From Octopus vulgaris (taxonomy: Eukaryota): DNA of 64,000 bases. The DNA is taken from positions 70,804,001-70,868,000 of the forward strand of contig OX597828.1 in assembly GCA_951406725.2 (NCBI GenBank), given 5' to 3'. The notes below the pieces were generated by a model that was not told where the DNA came from, made no database searches, and saw nothing but the letters and a program-made list of their open reading frames with translations. Both the position numbers and the translations under genes were made by a program. Positions 55,471-64,000 of the stretch are shown here, in pieces; position 1 is the first letter of the stretch, and each line of letters opens with the position of its first letter.

Positions 55471-56040
55471 TTTCAAGATTATGTTGACACCAAACGTCCG
55501 TTGTTTCATGTTATTGTGTCCCTTAAATCCGAAATTCGTGAAACCGAGAGAGAAGCCGTTAAACGGAGGGCTTACTACTATACTGTACTTAACGATTTAC
55601 ACGCTAATACTTTTCACTATCATTCGAAGTTACACTCAGCTGATGAAGACGCACCACCAACGCCACCACTGCAAAATAAAGAGGGGTTGGCGATGGCAAG
55701 GGACGAGGTGTATCGTCGTTTAGTTCGTGTTCCAACATCGCCCTTTTTTTTTTTGCAGCACATATGCTTAGGTACTTGGCCTATTTAATACAGAGATCAT
55801 TAAATATACTTTCACCTACATAACTGTTTAATTACCGTGTTGATAGTGTCCTAGATAAATCTAATCTCGCTTGCTTTTGTTCTTATTGTCGTTGTCATCG
55901 ACATAATCGTCGTCATTGTCGTCGTCGCTGCCGCCGTCGTGGTTTTTGTTATTGTTGTTGTTGCTGTTTAGCTTGGGGCAGATCTATGATTAAAAAAATC
56001 TTTCCAGCCAGAGGGTAACGAAGTGTCAACGACTACCTCA

Positions 56041-56112
<72 letters not shown>

Positions 56113-56911
56113 AACCCCACTTTTTTATTATTATATTTTTAAAGGCGATAGAGATTTGTGGGGGGGGGGGGAGATTTGGCTGCTATTTCTAACAGACCGA
56201 CCGTCCATCTAGAAGCACCCTTTGAAAGACCCACCCCTACCTCCACCCCTTCACCCCTCTCACAGCTTTATCGTTTAGTAAAGTTAGAGATTAAGTCACA
56301 ACTACTTCAGTTTCAAAGCAAGGCTACGCTCGACTGAGGAAACATCGAAAACCAGGTGAAACGAATCCATAGCCGTATTAAGTGGACGGTTATGAATATT
56401 AAAATATTTAGTCATAGCTTTAAAATGGTTTTATTCTTGTTTCTTTTCTTTTTTTATTATTTGCTTTTCTTTTTAACGCATATATTTAGATAATTGAGTT
56501 GTTCTGCTGTTTTAATAATTACACATACATTCACCTACATAAGCGAGATACGGATACAAAGACATACGGTCACACACATAGACATATTCAAATACACAGA
56601 CATATTGGATAAAAAAAACATCATGTACACACCTATATGCGCGCGCACATGTGTGTGTGTGTGTGTGTATGTGTGCGTAGGTTACGTACTTTGATTTATG
56701 TCAGACGAATGAGAGACGAGTGCTCAATATATATTGTAGAGACGAAGTGGATGTGGTTTTATTGAAAGTCTTAAAGATGTTATCGCCTGTAGATCGCAGT
56801 GGCGTGAAACTCAAGTTGTGCAACAAGCACTCGGTTTCTATGAAACCATATATGTGGTGTATGCGTATACACAAAAAACATAGATATGCTTACATATATA
56901 CATTATGTATA

Positions 56912-57124
56912 GGGTGGCGAGCTGGCAGAAACGTTAGCGCGCCGGACGAAATTCTTAGCGGTGTTTCGTCTGTCTTTACGTTCTGAGTTCAAATTCCGCT
57001 GAGGTTGACTTTGCCTTTCATCCTTTCGGGGTCGATAAATTAAGTATCAGTTGCGTAGTGGGGTAGATCTAATCGACTGGTATCTTCTCAAAAAATTTCG
57101 GGTCTTGTGCCTAGAGTAGAAACG
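56912..57124 (+). mobile_element. Full-length family A SINE (alternative tail) with 18-bp TSD
   Basis: A/B boxes and core present; TSD ATATATACATTATGTATA at 56894-56911 and 57125-57142. Confidence 0.9.
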
Positions 57125-57556
57125 ATATATACATTATGTATATATTTATCTATATCTATTTATCTGTATACACATGCATACATCCTCCTTCTTTGAAATT
57201 TTACCTTTCTCCTTTCTGACAAGGAGCTATGCTCGAAACGTTAAGTTCTTTCCTTTCACCGAGCGTCAAGCTAATACACTTCTTCCTCACGTTCGTTGGT
57301 TTTCTTTTTCTTTTTTTCGTTTTTATTCGTTTATTTGAATTGCTTAATTCTAATTGACTATATATACGTGTGTGTGTACGTATATATATATATATAGCCG
57401 AAATTGCGAGGATGATCCGGTTCTTGACTGAAAGTTAGAGGCTTCGAATGACCCGTCCGTGTTTTTTGTATCGTTTATTTGGATGTTTTGCGTTCTTGCC
57501 CCAATTGTATTTTATATATATATATGCATATATGTATGCATATATATATGTGTGTG

Positions 57557-57649
<93 letters not shown>

Positions 57650-57721
57650 ATATATATATTTATATATGTTTATATATATACATATATCTATAGTTACGTA
57701 CAGGCTTCTATGTATAGGACG

Positions 57722-57768
<47 letters not shown>

Positions 57769-58723
57769 TGTGATAAGATTCGGATTAACGCATCAAGATC
57801 ACATGATCTGCAGGAAACAGGACTGTTTTTAAAATGACCTCTCAGGTGGGTCAGAGGTCAGTGCCAGTTGTGAATACACAATAAGAATAAATATTTACTG
57901 TTAAATCTTTAAAACCATAAACAATTTTCAAATCAAGACAGATGATAGTTTATTTAACAGCACGAACCCCCGCGGCTTTGGGTTCGATTACCGCTCTAGG
58001 TAGCTGAACATATTCATTTTATTCGTAAATGAAGGACAAATATGTATGTGTTTGTGTTTGTGTGTGTGTGTATCTTTTACTCATTGGACTTCGGCCATGC
58101 TGGGTTACTTACCTTGAAGAGATTTTTGTCATAAGACTCGCCTCAGATTTTTCTGTTTTTAAGCCTGCAACTAATTCTGTCGGTCGCTTTTGCCGAACTG
58201 CTATATATCGATAACATGAACAAACCGACAGTTGTCAAGCGTTGGGCAATACAAATATAAAGACAGGGCGCGCAATGTAACCACCAAGAATGAAACCCCA
58301 AACTGTTGTTACAGCATCCATCTAGGGACAGGGATATTCTGGTGCAAAACCCGCGGTTTCACGTGATTCTTGGTCATTTCACTTCGGCCTATCGCCAGAT
58401 ACTAATCACGGGGACTCAGAGAATTGAACTCGTGTTGTACAAATTGATGCTTCTAAGCCATTCGTCTATTTATATATTTTCTTGAGTTTATCAGATTTAG
58501 GACCATCTCTATTACAATGGCGTTTTAGCCATCAGAGCTTCTCAGTCGTATTAAATCTGTAACTTGAAGAGCGATTGTGAGGAATCTAGTTGGGTGCTCC
58601 TTGATATGAATTAATGTTCGTAGCAAACATTATTATGTATTTGTTTTAATATTAATATTCGTACTTCCGCGAACATCTGTTATTATATTTTTGCTTGCGT
58701 TATTTCAACTATTTTAGAAGGAA

Positions 58724-60213
58724 CTAGTAGAGATACTCGGCGTTGCTCGCGATTACAACGGCATAGTTTGTGTATGTGTATTACATGCATGGTGAAACAA
58801 GTGATACAGGAAAGTGCAGCATTGACAACAAAACATTTGTGGAGTAAATGTTAAAGCTTTGCAGAAATGATAATTTCAGTGTAGCACACCAATTTGGACA
58901 GAATTATCATTTTAATAAGAATCGGATGGATCATATCTGAAAGCGACTCCAGGAGTTGTGAAGAACGAATTTGTACGTAGTCTGTTTCTGAGAGCTATTC
59001 TGTTGGATCGCTGTCCAGTCATTAAAATGTTGTTTCAATGATGCAGCATGCATTTGTTGATCTTGAGAAAGTCTCCTCTCCCTTCTCTCTTGAGACTCCG
59101 TCTGATGTGCTGCAGCATGCATTTGGTGGTCTTTGGACAGTGCCATGTCCCTTCTGTACTGAGACCCCATCGGACGTGCCGCAGCATGCCTTTGATGACG
59201 TTGAGAATGTCTCGTGTCCCTTATCTCGTGGGACTCTCGCCGTCGGTTTTCTGCTCTCCACCTTGTTTTATAGGCGTTTCTGGAGAGATTACGTTTTTCA
59301 ATATTTTAAACAAAAGATTATGTACATAGAAAAAATATTCATTAATATCGATTTTTGTAAGCATTTTTATTATGTAGTTTGTCTATATTTTTATATGCAG
59401 TGTAAAGTAACTAAATATAAGCAAATTGCAAATACCTTGAAACCTTGCAAATGCTGCGATAATTATGAACTGTTAATGGAATGGTAGATGGGGTATTTTT
59501 ATGTAACTCGGACCTTCCACGTAATTATTTTGGGTCAAGAGTTTGTGTAGATGTATGTGTGTGTTTAATAACGTAGGTAACGGGCGCGCAAATACAAGCA
59601 CACTCACAGACACATACACATTCATATACAAAATGTGACGATACGCACACATACACTCTCACATACAGACACATACATATAGCAAGAGAGACGCATGCAG
59701 ATATACATTCACGCATGTCAGTCGTCAGATGTGTATATGTATGTGCAGATGTTTGGGTATTTTTAATGGCGTACCTAACGCGGGAACACATACGCAGTCA
59801 GAGAGACATACTCACTCATACACCTTCACACATACACACAGAGATACATACACACTCATATATGAGACGTCGTCGTTTGAAGTGTCCTTTACAATTTCGT
59901 ACGCATCGAACGCGCATGCACACACACAATAGTGAAAGAATAAAAATGAAGCAATTTTTCACAACGGTTTTCGATACAGTGAGAAATGTAAGTATTCCAT
60001 TGAAATAGACGGAGCACTATTTTTCACGGTCGGTTTGTCGCATTACGCAGCAGGTCTGGGCAAAATGTTATAGGGCATGACCATCCATGGCACATAAATA
60101 ACGTGCGTATAAAGCTTGCTGAAAATCGGTTGAAAACTATAGAAATGCATATATTTTACACACACAGACACACACACAAACATCCTTTGTTTTATATATA
60201 TATTATAATAAGA
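58724..60213 (-). mobile_element. Non-autonomous Helitron (~1.49 kb)
   Basis: Minus strand: A|TC-TTATTATAATATATATATAAAACAAAGGATG 5' end at 60213. 3' end has an imperfect GC hairpin (CGCGAGCAACGCCGAG) then CTAG|T at 58724-58727. A/T insertion site, no TSD. Internal Rep/Hel-like relic in the same orientation. Confidence 0.8.
58931..59298 (-). pseudogene. Relic of Helitron Rep/Hel N-terminal charged repeat region
   Basis: KRNLSRNAYKTRWRAENRRR then three 23-aa units (ESHEIRDTRHSQRHQRHAAARPM / GSQYRRDMALSKDHQMHAAAHQT / ESQERRERRLSQDQQMHAASL). GCAGCATGC recurs at 59043, 59112 and 59181 (69-bp period). Confidence 0.65.
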
Positions 60214-60238
60214 TATATATATATATATATATACAGAC

Positions 60239-60309
<71 letters not shown>

Positions 60310-60593
60310 CAGATTGCATCGCGTACGTTATATACTACATAGATGATATATGTGTGTGTATATGTGTGTGTGTATGTTTTATACTGATATGATATGAACG
60401 CTAAAAGTATTAATGCTCATTGCTGCTGCTGATGATGATGATGATGAGGATGATGATGATGCCGTTGTCAGATGCCTAGAATCTTTCTCCACCCGTATGT
60501 ATCCATTAACACATCCCGCATCCACCCTTCGTACCACTATTTCATTATATTTACCTGTTCTATTGTAGATTAGACTAGATAGAGAGAGAGAGG

Positions 60594-60667
<74 letters not shown>

Positions 60668-60825
60668 CGACAGACAGACCGTCAGACAGACAGACAGGTA
60701 GATGGGTAAGCATAAATAGATAGGAATTCTACAGACAGAAGAGAGACTGACAGACAGACGGACAGGTCTGTCTGTGCATCTTATCTCTCTATTTATGTCT
60801 ACCCACTTACCTATCCGTCTGTCTG

Positions 60826-60866
<41 letters not shown>

Positions 60867-61309
60867 ACATAGGTACGTTTGTGTGAGGAAAAGCATTTAG
60901 GTAGATATGTTGTTAGGTAGGTAGGCAGGTAGGTAAGTAGGTAGGTAGGTAAGTATGAAGGTAAATTTACACGGGTATTGGGAAGGGTTAGGGTTAGGAT
61001 TTAATGATGGGCTGAAGGAAGGCTCAAGTGTATACTACTTCAGTATTTGCAAAGGAGCCGGAAGTTTAAAACCGGGTGGTTAATCGGGTAGCAGAGGGTT
61101 GTTATAAAGCTCGGGTGGCTTGGTCAGGTAGTTGTTCAGGTGTGAGTTCAGGGCTGTCTGGTCGGGTGGTGGAAAGTCGATCGGTGAGTCGGGCAGATTA
61201 AGAAGGGTACTTCCGGTTGGACTACGTCGTTATTTATGTCCACACATTTACAGACGGACAGGTAATGTATATATGTATACATACATATATACATTCGTAT
61301 ATATGTATA

Positions 61310-61420
61310 CATTATTATGGCTGCCCCCCCGTTATCGAGTATGGCCATTGCACGAAGCTTAACTGTTACTGGTGCTGTGATCGAATGTGACTTTTTAGCC
61401 CAGCTAAAGATCTACATACA
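61310..61420 (-). mobile_element. 5'-truncated RTE-clade LINE 3' end
   Basis: CRSLAGLKSHIRSQHQ* (RTE C-terminal zinc-finger-like CxSxxGLxSHxR), then 3'UTR ATGGCCATACTCGATAACGGGGGGGCAGCC and a short (ATA)n tail. Confidence 0.7.
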
Positions 61421-61615
61421 TATATACATTCATGCATATAATGAATGCAATCATAAATACACATGAATGTGTATGTGTATTTTATACATACACGCACACA
61501 ACACACGCATTTATATCTACGCGTGTGTTGTGTGTGTGTGTATGTGTGTGTGTATAAAGATAGTTGTTTGCGGTATATATATGTACATGTGTATTTATGT
61601 AGACACACATTTACA

Positions 61616-61676
<61 letters not shown>

Positions 61677-62473
61677 GTATGTGTATACATACATATATAT
61701 GTGCGTATGTATATACAGTCTGTATGTATACACAAACACACACGCACACATTATAGACAGGAGATAATTGTCCCACAAGTGTCCTTTGAACATTTTTTAT
61801 GTATTTTGCGCGTAAAATCATAACGTCTACGTCCGCACACACACCAATATACATGCGCGCGCATGTGTGTGTACAAATGTTTTTCACTGAAGATATTCAT
61901 TCAAACTGATGAAATTTTATTTGATGAAGATGAACGATTCTCTTCAGCGGAATAAGATAATTCTACGAGCAACACGTAACGACGTCTCATCTCTGACCAA
62001 CAGCCAAAGGATGTAAGGTTGTTTGCGATCAAGAACGGTGAGAAAAGTCTTCGTACAGTTTCTTCCTGGTTCAAAATGGCGCCTGACACTCTCTTTTATC
62101 ATTAAATACGACAAAAATATTAACCGTTATCGGACGGTTAAGGTTGGATATATACCTGTACTATGATGGGATAATATCAGAAAATACGACATACGTACAA
62201 TAACGATACTGTTTTCTTTATTTTTTTTTTTTCTTGTTTCATTCATTAGATCTCGACCATGCTGGAGCACCATCTTCTAGAACTTTTAGTGGAATTAATC
62301 GATCCCAGTGCTATTTCTTTTTTGAAGCCTGTTTCTTATTGTATTGGTTTCTTTTTGCCGAACCGCTAAGTTACCGGGACGTAAACGCGCCAAGACCAAT
62401 TGTCTAATGGTAGTGGGGGACAAACGCATGCGCCAACAATCACACTTACACGTACATACAAACACAAACACAT

Positions 62474-62575
<102 letters not shown>

Positions 62576-62825
62576 CGGGATTCCGTTAGTTTCCGTCAAC
62601 CAAATCCACTCAGAAGATACCTACCCAAAGTGCCTGTGGGACTGAACCCGGGACCATGTGTTTGGGAAGAAATCTTCTTACCACACAGCCACACCGGTGC
62701 CTACATGAATAATAAAGAGATACATGTTTCCCAGAACACATTCCAATTCATCCAATAACCAAGTATTGGTCCCTGAGTGTGCTCAATATGAAATACGAAT
62801 TGAATTTGAGCTGTAACAACAACGA

Positions 62826-63135
62826 GAAGGCGCGTGGCTCAGTGGCTACGGTATTCTGCTCACGATCGTTAAGTTGTGGAGTTCGATTCCCGGCAGCGCA
62901 TTGTGTCCTTGAGCAAGACACTTTGTTTCCCCATTGTTCGAGTCCACTCAGCTGGCAAAAGTGAATTGTACCAGTAATTCAAAGGGACCAGCCTTGTCGC
63001 AATTTTGTGTCACGCCGAATCGACCTGAGAACTACATTAAGGGTACACATGTGTCTGTGGAGTTAATTTCACGACGAGGTTGTTCCGTCGATCGGGTCAA
63101 CTGGAACCCTCGTCGTCGTAACCGACGGAGAGCCG
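62826..63135 (+). mobile_element. tRNA-derived SINE (family C)
   Basis: GAAGGCGCGTGGCTCAGTGG (A box), GAGTTCGATTCCC (B box), GTGTCCTTGAGCAAGACACTT core; relatives at ~6948-7058(-), 40860-40975(+), 52735-53005(+). Confidence 0.82.
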
Positions 63136-64000
63136 GACCAACAACAAAGGTAATAGTGGCGGCGGCGGCGGTGATGGTGGTGATCGCCGTCGTCGTACGT
63201 GTGCGTTGATGTTGGTGACAATGGTAGTCGATGGTGGCGGTGCTGCTGGCGTGTGTATTGTTGATGACAGCTCCAATTATCAAAATGGTATTGTTGTTCT
63301 TGCTGTCGTATTCGTAGGGTTGGTGTTTGTGTTCTTGATGGTTTTAGTTGTAGTAGTAGTGGTGGTGGTGGTGGTGGTGGTGGTGGTGGCGGTGGCGGTG
63401 GTGGTGGTGGTGGTGGTGGTGGTATTGTTGTCTTTGGAGGATGTTGGCGGTGGCCGTGTTGCTGGGGTGGGGAGGGCATTGATGTTGTCGTCGTTGTATG
63501 GAGCACTCAGCCAATCACAGTTGAAGTCAGACCAAGCTGCGCTCGTTGCTACCACCAAGGTCAGAAGTGTGAAGGGTCGGTGGGTTTGGGGGGGTTGCGG
63601 GTGGATAGCTAGACATTAGTGTGGCGGGGGTGGATGGGTGTGTGGCTGGGGGAGGGGCAGGGCATAAAAAGGTAGTTATTGTAACTGAGACAGAAGGCAG
63701 TAGGGGTTGAGTAAATGTTTATGATAACGGCTGGGTTGCAGTGAAGGTGGTGGTGGTGGGCGGGGAGGTATGTAAACGGGGTGGGAAGAGGGTATGAGGT
63801 ATAGCAGTAAAGTGATTAGTGGCGGAGAGGTGTAACAGATTGGAGAATAAGGAGTGGGAGATCACCTTACCTTGAAGGTTGCTATGGCCACGGAGGTAAA
63901 GTTGGGTGGGTGTAGACACCCTTTATACAGTAATTTCGAAGACAGATTTCAGAAAATGGAATCATTTTAAAGGAATCATGCGTACGCATAGCATTTGTGT

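Noticed and set aside
55246-55788. 180-aa plus-strand ORF
   Set aside because: Antisense to the degenerate RLE retrotransposon fragment; no recognisable product.
59038-59487. Plus-strand repeat ORF (QHAF units)
   Set aside because: Antisense reading of the Helitron 69-bp repeat.
60985-60998. Telomeric TTAGGG units (also CCCTAA at ~1678-1689)
   Set aside because: Only two units each; insufficient for an interstitial telomere.
61890-62100. Coding-like island (acidic stretch, AAAATGGCG)
   Set aside because: Interrupted frames, no assignable family, no splice support.
62826-62900. tRNA gene
   Set aside because: A/B boxes belong to a SINE head that runs into the SINE core; no acceptor stem or terminator.

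Overview
Eukaryotic, AT-rich, extremely microsatellite-dense DNA. The SINE families and repeat landscape look like an Octopus (coleoid cephalopod) genome; this is inferred from recalled repeat consensus motifs, not from a search. Nearly all ORFs in the track are translated (TA)n/(CA)n/(TACA)n/triplet repeats. One real host exon is supported: the first coding exon of an F-spondin/spondin-1-like gene (34071-34275, +; signal peptide plus start of the Reeler domain, phase-1 GT donor). The remaining ~30 kb is probably its intron. The rest is mobile DNA: dozens of SINE copies from several families (some with TSDs), Tc1 and mariner transposase relics, MITEs, a 1.5-kb non-autonomous Helitron, a Helentron-type element, an R4/Dong-type RLE LINE fragment and RTE-derived pieces. 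Most notable: (i) about nine minimal hammerhead-ribozyme-like motifs in short Penelope-pLTR-like elements, mostly next to (TA)n, two of them as inverted pairs; (ii) a four-unit array with an exact 32-bp period and CTCF-like cores at 46145-46256; (iii) a bipartite RTE-derived element; (iv) an RFX/nuclear-receptor motif cluster in the presumed intron. Repeat boundaries were read by eye and are approximate unless TSDs or termini are quoted.
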